A program made the position numbers and the translations under genes. A model generated the notes under the pieces. That model searched no databases. It worked only from the letters and a program-made list of their open reading frames with translations, and was not told the DNA's origin. Positions 40,365-54,970 of a stretch of DNA of 64,000 nt are shown here, piece by piece; position 1 is the first letter of the stretch, and every line of letters begins with the position of its first letter. The stretch spans positions 235,042,001 through 235,106,000 of the forward strand of contig OZ024740.1 in assembly GCA_964016885.1 (NCBI GenBank), in the 5' to 3' direction. Source of the stretch: Eledone cirrhosa (Eukaryota).

Positions 40365-41757
40365 TACATGATGGCTGCTCCCTCGTTATCGAGTATGACC
40401 ATTGCACAATATAACATTATTAATAATTATCAATTAATGCTATCGTGCAATGCCTGTGCGTGAAGATGTTTTTTTAAATGAGGAAAGACTGTGCACTGAG
40501 CCAATCCAACTCTCTGAGCGACAGTAGCTATAACCCGAAAAGAAGAAAAGATCAACATCATCGGTAACTACTGAGCCGCAGGTTTTATCCTAGTTTCCTG
40601 AGTTGCCTTCTCCTAGAGAATGCCCTGATAAAGGCTAGGGGTCCTTCACTCCCAGTGGTTTAACCGCGCGATCGGGTATCCAGCCCGATTATTTCTAAGT
40701 CCCTATGCATATACATACACATGCATACATATATACATATATACACATGCATACATATATATATACATATTTACACATTTTTGAATGGCCGTTGACTCTT
40801 ATAAGTTCTTCCGCCCTTTGTCAGGTTTTGTTTTTTGTCCTGCAGGTGTCCAAAATCACCCTCCTCACCAAGTAAACTTAGTGGGGTTTCTGGTTTAATA
40901 GCCCACGTCCCGACCATGCGACAGGTTGTACTGGGTTACATGTTACCAGTAACAGTCAAGAGTGACCCGATATACATACATACGTACGTACATACATACG
41001 TACGTACATACATACATACATACATACATACATACATACATACATACATACATACATACATACATACATACATACATACATACATACATACGTACGTACA
41101 TACGTACGTACGTACGTACGTACATACATACATGATGATGATGGCTGACCCTCGTTATCGAGTATGGCCAGTGCACGATATACCATTATTAATAATTATT
41201 AATTAATTCTATCGTGCAATGCCTGTGCGTGAAGATATTTTTTAAAGTGAGGAAAGACTGTGCACTGAGCCAATCCCACTCTCTGAGCGACAGTAACTAT
41301 AACCCTAAAAGAAGAAAAGATCAACATCATCGGTAACTACTGAGCCGCAGGTTTTATATCGGAGTTATCTCAGTTTCCTGAGTTGCCTTCTCCTAGAAGA
41401 ATGCCCTGACAAAGGCTAGGGGTCCTTCACTCCCAGTGGTTTAACCGCGCGATCGGGTATCTAGCCCCACTATTTCTATGTCCCCGCGCATATACATACA
41501 CATGCACCCACGCACATACACATATACATACATATATACATGTGTATATACATATTTACACACTTTTGGATGGTCGTTGACCCTTATGAGTTCTTCCGCC
41601 CTTTGTCAGGTTTTGTTTTTTGTCCTGCAGGGTGTCCCAAATCACCTTCCTCACTAAGTAAACTTGGTGGGGTTGCCGGTTTAGTCGCCGACGACCCGAC
41701 CATGCGCCAGGTTGTACTGGAATACATGTTACCAGTAGCACTCAAGAGTGACCTGAC
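40365..41757 (-). mobile_element. two tandem bipartite RTE derivatives, subfamily 2 (40365-40968 and 41131-41757)
   Basis: Share 5' end and RTE 5' UTR block with the 5947 element and 3' tail CATACTCGATAACGAGGG..CAGCCATCAT with the RTE at 11681; separated by (CATA)n. Confidence 0.78.
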
Positions 41758-41769
41758 ATACATACATAC

Positions 41770-44700
41770 ATGCTGGGGAAAACACTATCGATAATAATAA
41801 TAATCGAAGAAATTTGACACCACGTGTACCATCCGAGTCTACCTCGACTGTTGTAGAAAATACTATCGATAATGATAATAATCAAAAGTATAAACAATTG
41901 AAAATTTCCCTCAACGAAATCTTCCAGAGAGAAATTAATTCATGTATAAATATCTCTCTTGCTGAACGTATTAAAACGACAATCTATATATATAAAACTG
42001 AGGTTGTCTGTCTGTCTATCGATTTTTGGCACACATCTCCTCTTAGAATCTCTCACGGAATTGCACCGAAATTGCTATACTTGTACATTGAGCCCTAGCG
42101 AAGACATCGGAAAAAAAATATTTCAAATTGACCCGCCCTATCTGACGAAATCGAATATAATGTATCGATTTTTGAGCGTAAGTGATCAGTTATTTCCCTT
42201 TGTTCTGTTTACATTCAGCGTAGCGTCTTACATTTTCTGCGTGCAAAAATTAAAAAAATGATTTCCCTTTGTTCTGTTTACATTCAGCGTAGCGTCTTAC
42301 GTTCTGTTTACATTTTCTGCGTGCAAAAATTAAAAAAATTACGCTGGCAAAAATTAAAAAAATTACGCTGGCTTTCTCAGCGTTTAAAATGACATTAACA
42401 CACACAATACACGAACAGTTGTCGAGCCAGCAAAATTTTGACCTGCAAAATTCATCAGTTCGAACACTAAGCTTCCGTTTTGCTTCATTTCCATTTAAAA
42501 GCCTTTTAAAACAATATTTTTACTTGAAAACAAGTCTATTTAAAGACTACGTAAAACAAGCAAATATTTCGTAAAAAAAAGCAAAAATTATATAAGTTTA
42601 TTTAAAATATATGTATCTGTAAATTTCGTTAGGCGTGCAGACAGACAGTCGTGCAGACAGATAGTCGTGCAGAGAGGTGATATACGCGTGCAGACAGATA
42701 GTCGTGCAGAGAGGTGATATAGGCGTGCAGACAGACAGTCGTGCAGAGAGGTGATATAGGCGTGCAGACAGACATCTATATATATAAAACTGAGGTTGTC
42801 TGTCTGTCTATCGATTTTTGGCACACACCTCCTCTTAGAATCTCTCACGGAATTGCACCGAAATTGCTATACTTGTACATTGAGCCCTAGCGAAGACATC
42901 GGAAAAAAAATATTTCAAATTGACCCGCCCTATCTGACGAAATCGAATATAATGTATCGATTTTTGAGCGTAAGTAATCAGTTATTTCCCTTTGTTCTGT
43001 TTACATTCAGCGTAGCGTCTTACGTTCTCTTTACATTTTCTGCGTGCAAAAATTAAAAAAATGATTTCCCTTTGTTCTGTTTACATTCAGCGTAGCGTCT
43101 TACGTTCTGTTTACATTTTCTGCGTGCAAAAATTAAAAAAATTACGCTGGCAAAAATTAAAAAAATTACGCTGGCAAAAATTAAAAAAATTACGCTGGCT
43201 TTCTCAGCGTTTAAAATGACATTAACACAATACACGAACAGTTGTCGAGCCAGCAAAATTTTGACCTGCAAAATTCATCAGTTCGAACACTAAGCTTCCG
43301 TTTTGCTTCATTTCCATTTAAAAGCCTTTTAAAACAATATTTTTACTTGAAAACAAGTCTATTTAAAGACTACGTAAAACAAGCAAATATTTCGTAAAAA
43401 AAAGCAAAAATTATATAAGTTTATTTAAAATATATGTATCTGTAAATTTCGTTAGGCGTGCAGACAGACAGTCGTGCAGACAGATAGTCGTGCAGAGAGG
43501 TGATATACGCGTGCAGACAGATAGTCGTGCAGAGAGGTGATATAGGCGTGCAGACAGACAGTCGTGCAGAGAGGTGATATAGGCGTGCAGACAGACATCT
43601 ATATATATAAAACTGAGGTTGTCTGTCTGTCTATCGATTTTTGGCACACACCTCCTCTTAGAATCTCTCACGGAATTGCACCGAAATTGCTATACTTGTA
43701 CATTGAGCCCTAGCGAAGACATCGGAAAAAAAATATTTCAAATTGACCCGCCCTATCTGACGAAATCGAATATAATGTATCGATTTTTGAGCGTAAGTGA
43801 TCAGTTATTTCCCTTTGTTCTGTTTACATTCAGCGTAGCGTCTTACGTTCTCTTTACATTTTCTGCGTGCAAAAATTAAAAAAATGATTTCCCTTTGTTC
43901 TGTTTACATTCAGCGTAGCGTCTTACGTTCTGTTTACATTTTCTGCGTGCAAAAATTAAAAAAATTACGCTGGCAAAAATTAAAAAAATTACGCTGGCTT
44001 TCTCAGCGTTTAAAATGACATTAACACAATACACGAACAGTTGTCGAGCCAGCAAAATTTTGACCTGCAAAATTTATCAGTTCGAACACTAAGCTTCCGT
44101 TTTGCTTCATTTCCATTTAAAAGCCTTTTAAAACAATATTTTTACTTGAAAACAAGTCTATTTAAAGACTACGCAAAACAAGCAAATATTTCGTAAAAAA
44201 AAGCAAAAATTATATAAGTTTATTTAAAATATATGTATCTGTAAATTTCGTTAGGCGTGCAGAGAGGTGATATACGCGTGCAGACAGACAGTCGTGCAGA
44301 GAGGTGATATAGGCGTGCAGACAGACAGTCGTGCAGAGAGGTGATATAGGCGTGCAGACAGACAGTCGTGCAGAGAGGTGATATAGGCGTGCAGACAGAC
44401 ATAACTGATAATTTGGTTACGCTAATGTTTTTCTCTGCGTTGCAGTGTTTACATTTTCGATCTTTGTTAATAAATAACCAGTGCAGTTTTTATCCCCAGC
44501 ATCCTCTTTTGTTATAACATTCGGGTTATCGTTATGTTTTCTTAACTTCATAAGGCATATTGTTGGTTGAGGGAATATTAATCAAAAACACCACATGCAA
44601 GTCTGCACAGTAGACACTACAGTTTTTAAGCCAAAAAAGAAACTTAACATTGTAACTTTAACACAGCTACTGAGCGACCCCGAGCAACGCCGGGCTTTAC

Positions 44701-46292
44701 TGCTAGTCTATATATATAAAGCTGTGGTTGTCTGTCTGTCTATCGATTTTTGGCACACATCTCCTCTTAGAATCTCTCACGGAATTGCACCGAAATTGCT
44801 ATACTTGTACATTGAGCCCTAGCGAAGACATCGGAAAAAAATATTTCAAATTGACCCACCCTATGTGACGAAATCGAATCTAATGTATCGATTTTTTAGC
44901 GTAAGTGACGAGTTATTTCCCTTTGTTCTGTTTACATTGAGCGTCTTACGTTCTGTTTACATTTTCTGCGTGCAAAAATTAAAAAAATTACGCTGGCTTT
45001 CTCAGCGTTTAAAATGACATTAACACAATACACGAACAGTTGTCGAGCCAGCAAAATTTTGACCTGCTAAATTCATCAGTTCGAACACTAAGCTTCCGTT
45101 TTGCTTCATTTCCATTTAAAAGCCTTTTAAAACAATATTTTTACTTGAAAACAAGTTTATTTAAAGACTACGTAAAACAAGCAAATATTTCGTAAAAAAA
45201 AGCAAAAATTATATAAGTTTATTTAAAATATATGTATCTGTAAATTTCGTTAGGCGTGCAGACAGACAGTCGTGCAGACAGACTTTATGCCAAAAAAGAA
45301 ACTTAACATTGTAACTTTAACACAGCTACTGAGCGACCCCGAGCAACGCCGGGCTTTACTGCTAGTATTTAATAAAAAAACAAATAATGAAATATTACGT
45401 GTTATTTACGAAATAGGGGATGAATATTTACGACGGATAAAACCCCAACATTTTGCCAAATCAACGCCTGTTTATATGCCTTAGCAACGACAGTGAAGAA
45501 CAAAATAATAAGTGTCACTAAGGCCCCATCCCAGAAAGACATAGGTTTCTTTTGGAGCAAAATATGGGGTGAAAAGAAGAATTTCAACCAAGATGCAGTG
45601 TGGGTAAAAGAAATCCGAAAGAACTATTGCTCCTACACTACAACAAAAACATACGAAATAAGTGAGGGTACCCTTGAGACTGTGATAGGAAAACTCCAAG
45701 ATAAGAAAACACCAGGAAGAGACATGATTGTCGGCTACTGGTACAAAAAACTGATATTCTATCGGAGGTATCTTACTGACCTCTACCAACAAGTTCTTAA
45801 GGGCGATACACTTATACCAGAATGGTTGACATTAGCACAAACATTACTGGTCCCCAAGAACAAAGACACCCACTTGGCAAAAAACTACCGTCCCATTGCA
45901 TGCCAGAACCTGATGTATAAGATGTATACAGCCTGCCTGAACCTATTCCTCCAAGATCACTGTGAAAATAATAACATCATCACAGATGAACAAGCAGCTG
46001 GAAAGAAAGGAGTTTGGGGATGTGCTGAACAATTCCTAATCAACAAAACTGCGATGTCGGAGGTGCGACAACTTAGGAGGAATATGGCTACAGTCTGGCT
46101 ACAAGAAAGCTTTCGATTCTGTTCCCTACTCTTGGATGATAGAGGCTCCCCGACTTGCTAAAGTCCCAGGCATTATTATCAGAGCCATAGAGAAGCTGTC
46201 TTCTTCTTGGGCTACTATCCTAAGGTTAAAGACAGAGAGGGAGGATTCTATTTTCACTGATAAAATAAAATATCGCAGGGGTATATTCAGGG
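41770..46292 (+). mobile_element. R4/Dong-clade LINE (N-terminal region and RT) split by a Helitron array
   Basis: Frame ERIKTT|IFNKK rejoins across 41983-45365; 45493-46290 encodes KTPGRD, NYRPIAC, EQAAG, KKAFDSVP, RGIF RT motifs. Confidence 0.85.
41983..45365 (+). mobile_element. tandem array of four non-autonomous Helitron units
   Basis: TC starts at 41983, 42775, 43598, 44707; CCCGAGCAACGCCGGG hairpin plus CTAG ends at 44706 and 45365; inserted in A|T without TSD; internal minisatellites. Confidence 0.9.
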
Positions 46293-46296
46293 AGAG

Positions 46297-47141
46297 GCAC
46301 TGGGGTATGTTAGTAACTGCCTCAATACAAATCTTGAGAAGCTAGGCTTCACAGAAACAGAAAGAACACAATTAGTTAGGAAATTACAAGTACAATAAAT
46401 GTGTGAATATGTGTGTAAATGTGTAGCTAGATACGAAACACTTCAGCCACCTCTTCTACTAACCAGATTACACAGAAACGTCACATTAATTTAAGACAGA
46501 ATTAAACCACTGACGTTATATGTCGGGGAGGGGGGGTATTCTTTTGTAGATCAAAACAAGTAAGATCTGTTTATTTTCAATATAGAAATAACAAAAAAGA
46601 TGAGGAACAGTAAAAATATGTAAAACATATCTACCTAGTTGATGTTGTGTAAATTCCAATGAGAGAGTCTTATGTCTATGTTAGAAACTGACTCTCTCTC
46701 TCTATTGGTAAAACTTTGTGAAATTATAAAACCAGAAGAACATACATACATACATACATATTATTGGGGCACTGGGATATGTTAGTAACTGCCTCAATAC
46801 AAATCTTGAGAAGCTAGGCTTCACGGGGACAGAAAGAACACAACTAGTTAGGAAATTACAAGTACAATCCATTAATGGAACAGTAAAAATATGTAAAACA
46901 TTCCAAAAATGTTGCATCTAATAACTGCATATACACATGTACAGATGCAAAGCATATACACATGCACACACACAACTCAAAACATACACATCCACACATA
47001 CAATAACATCCATATCTACACATGCATACATATCTACCTAGTTGATGTTGTGTAAATTCCAATGAGAGAGTCTTGTGTCTATGTTAGAAACCGACTCTCT
47101 CTCTATTGGTAAAACTTTGTGAAATTATAAAACCAGAAGAA
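46297..47141 (+). mobile_element. two R4 family 1 3'-end fragments separated by (CATA)n; the first is interrupted by a CRE 3' UTR piece (46397-46610)
   Basis: GALGYVSNCLNTNLEKLG and 3' UTR ending CCAGAAGAA match 50050-50432; 46397-46610 matches 51798-52010. Confidence 0.8.
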
Positions 47142-47256
47142 CATACATACATACATACATACATACATACACATACATACATACATACATACATACATAC
47201 ATGCATACATACATACATACATACATACATACATACATACAAACATACATACACAT

Positions 47257-47867
47257 ATAGTGGCTGCCAACTCGTTTTCGAGTACGGCCACTACTTTATA
47301 TCCATGTAGGAGAACTCCTACCGATGCGCTGAACGAGTGTGACTTTTTAGTCCAGCCAGCGACTTGAAAACTCTGGTACAAACACTACACCTGTGACAAT
47401 TATTGACACATAGTGCTGGGCCCATGGTACCATGTGACGACAAGTGCAGAGAGATCTCCAGATATAAAGCAATGCCTGTGCCGTGAAACTTTTATAGTGA
47501 GCAAAGGCACTACACAAAGCCAGTCGCACTCTCTTAACCAAGATGATATTTACCAAAAAGAAAAACAAGTCAACATCGTTGGATACCATCAGGGTTGCAG
47601 GTGTTATATCAGAGTTTTCCTTCTCCTAGAATTCTGCCTTGACAAAAGCTAAGGGGTCATCTCTCCCGGTGATTTTGGATGGCCATTGACTCTTAAGAGC
47701 TCCTTTGCCCTTTTGACAGGTTTTGTTTTTAGTCCTGCAGGATGTCCAAAGTCACCCTCCTCACCAAGAAACCTTGGTGGGCTTGCTAGTTTAGTCGCCA
47801 ATGACCCGACCATGAGACAGGTTGTACTAGGATACATGTTACCAGTAGCACCAACTGGTGACCTGAC
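47257..47867 (-). mobile_element. bipartite RTE derivative, subfamily 1
   Basis: Reverse complement of 5947-6556 with few differences; (CATA)n on both sides. Confidence 0.85.
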
Positions 47868-47962
47868 ATACATACACATTCATACATACATACATACATA
47901 CATACATACATACATACATACATACATACATACATACATACATACATACATACATACATACA

Positions 47963-49288
47963 TAAAGAGTAAAAAAAATATGGTCATCAGAACTGTCAGC
48001 ATACAACAAATACATTGCCCACAATACCTATGCTGTGCCAATTCTAACGCCAACATTTGGCCTACTGAATTGGTCATTGCAAGAACTAAGTGAGATGGAT
48101 GTTAGTACTCGAAAACTTCTCAGTGTTACTGGGAACTTTAACATCAATGGTGATGTGGATAGGCTATACTTCTCACGCAAGGAAGGTGGCCGGGGTCTAA
48201 AATCAATATTAACAACATATGAGACCCGGATAGTAACACTGAAGCAACACCTTCAACAGAGGAAAAAGGTTGGCGACCATCTTGCTCAGGTTTATGAGCA
48301 TGAAAAAAGAAATATCATTAGAATAGCGACTGATCTGGAGGAGAGATATGGAATAAAGCCTGATATAAATCTCTCACCCAGAGAAATCGGAAGATCCTAT
48401 TCAATGTTCAAACAAGAAAAAAAAATTGACCAATTTACAGAGAAAGTTGTGCATGGATACTTGAGGCGTAAAACACAGACCATAGAGGGGATAAACCACT
48501 CAAAAAGCCTGGCATGGAGTTCCGACAAGTTTATGACATCACACCTTGAGGGATATCTCTATGCAATACAGGAACAAGAACTCCCTACCAAATATCTGCT
48601 GCACAAAAGAGGAGGGCCAGCAGCTGACAATAAATGTAGGCTATGTAAAACAAAGATCGAGGATGTAAGCCACATTGTTGCCAGCTGCGAAAGAATGTCA
48701 TCTCGCTACTACCTCCCCATGAGACACGATGGGATAGCTAGAACTATCTGGAACGCACTTCGGAAAACAAAATTAACAACAAACGAGGAAGAATATATTG
48801 AGACAGATGGCACTAAGGAATACTGGTGGAACCTGAAAATAAAAACTGCCACCAAATTAAAGCACAACCGGCCTGATATTGTAGTTTGGGACCACACATT
48901 GAAAACGTGTTCTGTTGTGGAGATCAGCTGCCCACTTGATGTAAACGTTGTCAGAAAAATACAGGAGAAGGAGGACATCTACGGACCATTGATGAGGAGC
49001 TTACAAATCCAGTATCCAAGATACACCTTTAGCTTCATACCCATCATTATTGGTGCTACGGGTTATATACCAACCCGCTTGGACCAAAGTATGACCGAAC
49101 TTGGATTTGCGGACAAAAAGCGCAGCTCCCTAATTCATAGTCTACAAATGGCTGCGATAGCTGGCACCTTCAAAATATGCAAAACATTCTTGCGATTCAA
49201 GGGATGACAATTTCTTTTCTTTTACAACCTTGCCACCAGGAAGGTGGCCGGTCAAAAAAATATACTCGAAATTAAGAGAAAGAGAAAA
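47963..49288 (+). mobile_element. 5'-truncated R4/Dong-clade LINE (family 2) with open 390-aa C-terminal ORF (48035-49207)
   Basis: RLYFSRKEGGRGL, AIQEQ, CRLC...H...C zinc knuckle, RHD, HNRPDIVVWD, VEISCP; (CATA)n immediately on both sides. Confidence 0.92.
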
Positions 49289-49401
49289 CATACATACATA
49301 CATATATACATACATACACATACATACATACATACATACATACATACATACATACATACATACATACATACATACATACATACATACATACATACATACA
49401 T

Positions 49402-50432
49402 AAAAATCATGCATGGATATGTGGCCAGGAAGCTCCAGAGTGAGAGTAATATAGATAAGGAAAGTAGTCTATCTTGAACCAACAACCGCTATATTGGCTC
49501 CCAATTTAGAAGGATACGCTTTTGCAATCCAGGAACAGGAGATTAGCACGAAATACCTGATTCACAAAAGAGATAGGGATGCAGGCAAAACACCTAGATG
49601 TGACAACAAGTGCAGACTCTGCAGAACTAACATCGAAGATGTCACCCATGTCATCACCAGCTGTCCAAAGATGCCATCGCGGCACTATCTACCTATGAGG
49701 CATGATGTAGTGGCCAAAACACTGTACAATGCAGTTCGTAAAAAAGATAGCCCCGATAATAAACACATTAAAAGCTACAAGAATGTGGAAGACATCCATA
49801 TACATAATATGAAAGAGTACTGGTGGGATGTTCCAGTAAAAACCCCAATAAAATGCAGGCATAACAGACCGGATATTATGATATGGGACAAGGAGAAGAA
49901 AGCATGCACAGTAGTGGAAATTAGCTGCCCAGCAGATGCCAATATAATATCAAAGATTAGAGAAAAGGAGAATATTTATGCAGAACTGATGAGAAATCTG
50001 CAGATACTCCACCCTGATTACACCTTCAGATCTATGCCTGTGATTATTGGGGCACTGGGATATGTTAGTAACTGCCTCAATACAAATCTTGAGAAGCTAG
50101 GATTCACAGGAACAGAAAGAACACAACTAGTTAGGAAATTACAAGTACAATCCATTAATAGAACAGTAAAAATATGTAAAACATTCCAAAAATGTTGCAT
50201 CTAATAACTGCATATACACATGTACAGATGCAAAGCATATACACATGCACACATAAAACTCAAAACATCCACATCCACACATACAATAACATCCATATCT
50301 ACACATGCATGCATACATACATATCTACCTAGTTGATGTTGTGTAAATTCCAATGAGAGAGTCTTGTGTCTATGTTTGAAACCGACTCTCTCTCTATTGG
50401 TAAAACTTTGTGAAATTATAAAACCAGAAGAA
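49402..50432 (+). mobile_element. 5'-truncated R4/Dong-clade LINE (family 1)
   Basis: ORF 49494-50204 with CRLC/H/C, RHD and NRPD motifs; same family as 6584-9218; (CATA)n on both sides. Confidence 0.92.
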
Positions 50433-50612
50433 CATACATACATATACACATACATACACATACATGCATACATACATACATACATACATACATACATACA
50501 TACATACATACATACATACATACATACATACATGCATGCATGCATGCATGCATACATACATACATACATACATACATACATACATACATACATACATACA
50601 TACATACATACA

Positions 50613-50642
<30 letters not shown>

Positions 50643-50645
<3 letters not shown>

Positions 50646-51147
50646 GGTGGCTGCCAACTCGTTTTCGAGTACAGCCACTACTTTATATCCATGTAGGAGA
50701 ACTACCGATGCGCTGAACGAGTGTGACTTTTTAGTCCAGCCAGCGACTTGAAAACTCTGGTACAAACACTACACCTGTGACAATTATTAACACATAGTGC
50801 TGGGCCCATGGTACCATGTGACGACAAGTGCAGAGAGATCTCCAGATATAAAGCAATGCCTGTGCCGTGAAGCTTTTATAGTGAGCAAAGGCACTGCACA
50901 AAGCCAGTCCCACTTTCTTAACCAAGATGATATTTACCAAAAAGAAGAACAAGTCAACATCATTGGATACCATCAAAGTTGCAGGTGTTATATCAGAGTT
51001 TTCCTTCTCCTATAATTCTGCCTTGACAAAGGCTAAGGGGTCATCTCTCCCGGTGATTTTGGATGGCCATTGACTCTTAAGAGCTCCTTTGCCCTTTGAC
51101 AGGTTTTGTTTTTAGTCCTGCAGGGTGTCCAAAGTCACTCTCCTCAC
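50643..51147 (-). mobile_element. bipartite RTE derivative, subfamily 1, 5'-truncated
   Basis: Matches 47257-47765; (CATA)n on both sides. Confidence 0.85.
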
Positions 51148-51432
51148 ATACATACATACACACATACATATATACATACATACACACACACATACATACA
51201 TACATGCATGCATGCTTGCATGCATACATACATACATACATACATACATACATACATACATACATACATACATACATACATACATACGACTACACCCGCG
51301 CAAAGCTTGCTGAACACTCAAGCCGAAACCGCTTGGCGCCGAGGAAATGTTACATATCTCTATACTCACTCTGCATCTCCCCATGCATTGAGTACTCACA
51401 TTGTTCGTGGTCTCCTTGGTTTCAGCACCGCA

Positions 51433-51495
<63 letters not shown>

Positions 51496-51563
51496 ATATA
51501 TATATATACTCTTCGATTTCAAGTTACACAAATTCAAATAACGGAAACCGATTACTCCTATAA

Positions 51564-51664
<101 letters not shown>

Positions 51665-51669
51665 ATACC

Positions 51670-52590
51670 TACTATATTGCTGGACGACACTCCCAACCAA
51701 ATAACCCTCGACAATCAATAACATTGATTGAACTTTAAGCCGGAAACACCCAATGCTACATTTAGGCATGAAACTACCTTTGATATTCCAGATAACTAAT
51801 GTGTGAATATGTGTGAAAATGTGTAGCTAGATACGAAACACTTCAGCCACCTCTTCTACTAACCAGATTACACAGAAACGTCACATTAATTTAAGCCACA
51901 ATGAAACCACTGACGTCATATGTCGGGGCGGGGGGGGGGGGTATTATTTTGTAGATCAAAACAAGATCTGTTTATTTTCAATATAGAAATAATAAAAAAG
52001 ATGGGGAAACAAAGGGGAAGAAAGAATAGGGAAATATAGAAAAAAAATATAGAAAAAAAAAAAGAGGAGAGAAAAAAAGAAGAAAAATATCGGGACGGGG
52101 AGGGGATGGCAAGAGATCTGGTGTCGCAGAAGAGAGGGGAGGTGTGAGGGGGGGGGGGGGATTGGGCTTTGGCCCTAGGGCAAGAGGGCAGAAGTGCTGC
52201 GTCCCGCTGACAAGACGGCAAAAGCATCGCCCCGAACGCTGGCCAGTGACACCCGCTGCAACAACCACCCAACCTCGCGGGGCTCCCTGCTCAGGCGGGC
52301 CTCCGACGCTCCAATCTTACGGAGGAGCTCGGCAGTACGGAGTCCAAGTATACCTGAGGTCTCGACGGCGACCAGTGCGAAGAGGAAACGGCCACACAAA
52401 CACCGGAATTTGTTTATTCAACGTTCTTCTGCGATGCCGGGGTTTGTGGCCGAAGGGACTAAGCTGGAAGCGGAGAACGTTTCGTAGCAGGTGGCGTCCC
52501 AGATGAGTGATCTGCCTACTTCGAATGGGAAGAGGGTGATTCCATCGGAGCGCTTGCCATCTCCGCTTGCTTGGCCTGCTGGCCCCAGTT
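51670..52590 (-). mobile_element. CRE-clade RLE retrotransposon 3' part with 3' UTR
   Basis: GDGKRSDGITLFPFEVGRSLIWDATC...VAVETSGILG...LLQRVSLASVRGDAFAVL; adjacent UTR homologous to 37860-38070 and 46397-46610; (TG)n flanks. Confidence 0.8.
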
Positions 52591-52696
52591 GAGATAACGT
52601 GTGTTTGTGTGTGTGTGTTTTGCTATAGATAAATGAAGTAATTCCGTCGGAAAGGTACAGGAAAAAAGAGTGCTCTATGTAGGCTACAGAGCTTAT

Positions 52697-53035
52697 TAGT
52701 TATGTAATAAACAACATAAGATAATTATTTCATTTACTAGTGGTTTCTTGAAAGTAGATATATCTGTTTTCAGTCGTCAGAATGAATAAAACATGGTGTT
52801 TTTATTAAATATGGATTTGAAAACAAAATATAAGAAATATGAAAGTGATGCTGAGGAAACAACGGGCGAAGAAGAAAAAGAAGAATACATACATATATAT
52901 AAAAACAATAAATATATAAACATACACACACTCAACCACGCGCATATACTTAAAAAGTACGCAGACGTATTTATCTGCTTTCAAGAAACCACTGGTAAAT
53001 GAAATAATTATCTTATGTTGTTTATTAGATAACTA
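52697..53035. repeat. inverted repeat with ~64-bp arms
   Basis: TAGTTATGTAATAAACAACATAAGATAATTATTTCATTTAC...GTAGATA mirrored at 52972-53035. Confidence 0.85.
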
Positions 53036-53537
53036 TTACTATAGATATACAGATATACTTTACCGAAATTCCCCCGTCACGCGCCCGCGCGCACACACAC
53101 ACACAAACACACACACACAGAGACTCACACACACACAAACACACATACACACACACACACATACACACACACACACACACACAGACTCACACATATAACA
53201 ACAACACACTTATATACTGACCAATCCATACTCGGGAATCATTTTGAACTGCATAAAAAAATTTTTTAAATTCTTTATTGAAATAGAACCGCATTTGAAA
53301 GGGAAAGTAATACTCCGTGGCGACAGCACAGAATAGCCTCCCTTGAATCAGCCAATAAATAACGAATAAGTAAAAAAAAAAAATAAAAAAAATAATTTTA
53401 TTTATCATATAAGCACAACATTCCCGAAACAATCCGCATCCAAAAACTGTTGATTAGGGAAGTCAGAATAAATTTAAAATAATGGAATTCGATATCTGAA
53501 AGATAAAGTATTTTTTGAAGGCGTATACCGAACTAGC

Positions 53538-53816
53538 GTGGAGGCACGTGGCCTAGTGGTAAGAGTGTTGGACTTACGATCATAATGTCGTGGGTTCGAT
53601 TCCTGGGTTGCGTGTTGTGTTCTTGAGCAAGACACTTCATTTCACATTGTTCCAGTATACTCAGCTGAAAATGAGAACCAGCAATAGCTGGAGGTTTAAC
53701 CCTGCGATGGACTGGCGTCCTGTCCAGGGGGGAGTCTTGTACTCTCAGTCGCTTCACGCCATGAAACCGGGATAAGCACCGGCCAAATGAGCCTTCTGGC
53801 TTAAAACAGACTTTTT
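53538..53816 (+). mobile_element. tRNA-derived SINE with CORE-like domain, family C
   Basis: A box TGGCCTAGTGG, B box GGTTCGATTCC, GTGTTCTTGAGCAAGACACTT, CCCTGCGATGGACTGGCGTCCTGTCCAGGGG; partial copy at ~31677-31850. Confidence 0.85.
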
Positions 53817-53906
53817 AGATACCTAACTACCGTAATATATAAAGAGCCCGGATGCTATTCTTTGAGCTCATTAAATTACAGGGATTAACGAGTTTTTTTT
53901 AATTTG

Positions 53907-54964
<1,058 letters not shown>

Positions 54965-54970
54965 TATATA

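Noticed and set aside
42625-44400. Regularly spaced GCGTGCAGACAGACAGTCGTGCAGAGAGGTGATATA repeats resembling a CRISPR array
   Set aside because: No unique spacers and no cas genes; an internal minisatellite of a Helitron in eukaryotic DNA.
47413-47652. ORF MLGPWYHVTT... conserved in three copies
   Set aside because: Antisense frame of the repeated RTE derivative; conservation reflects repeat identity.
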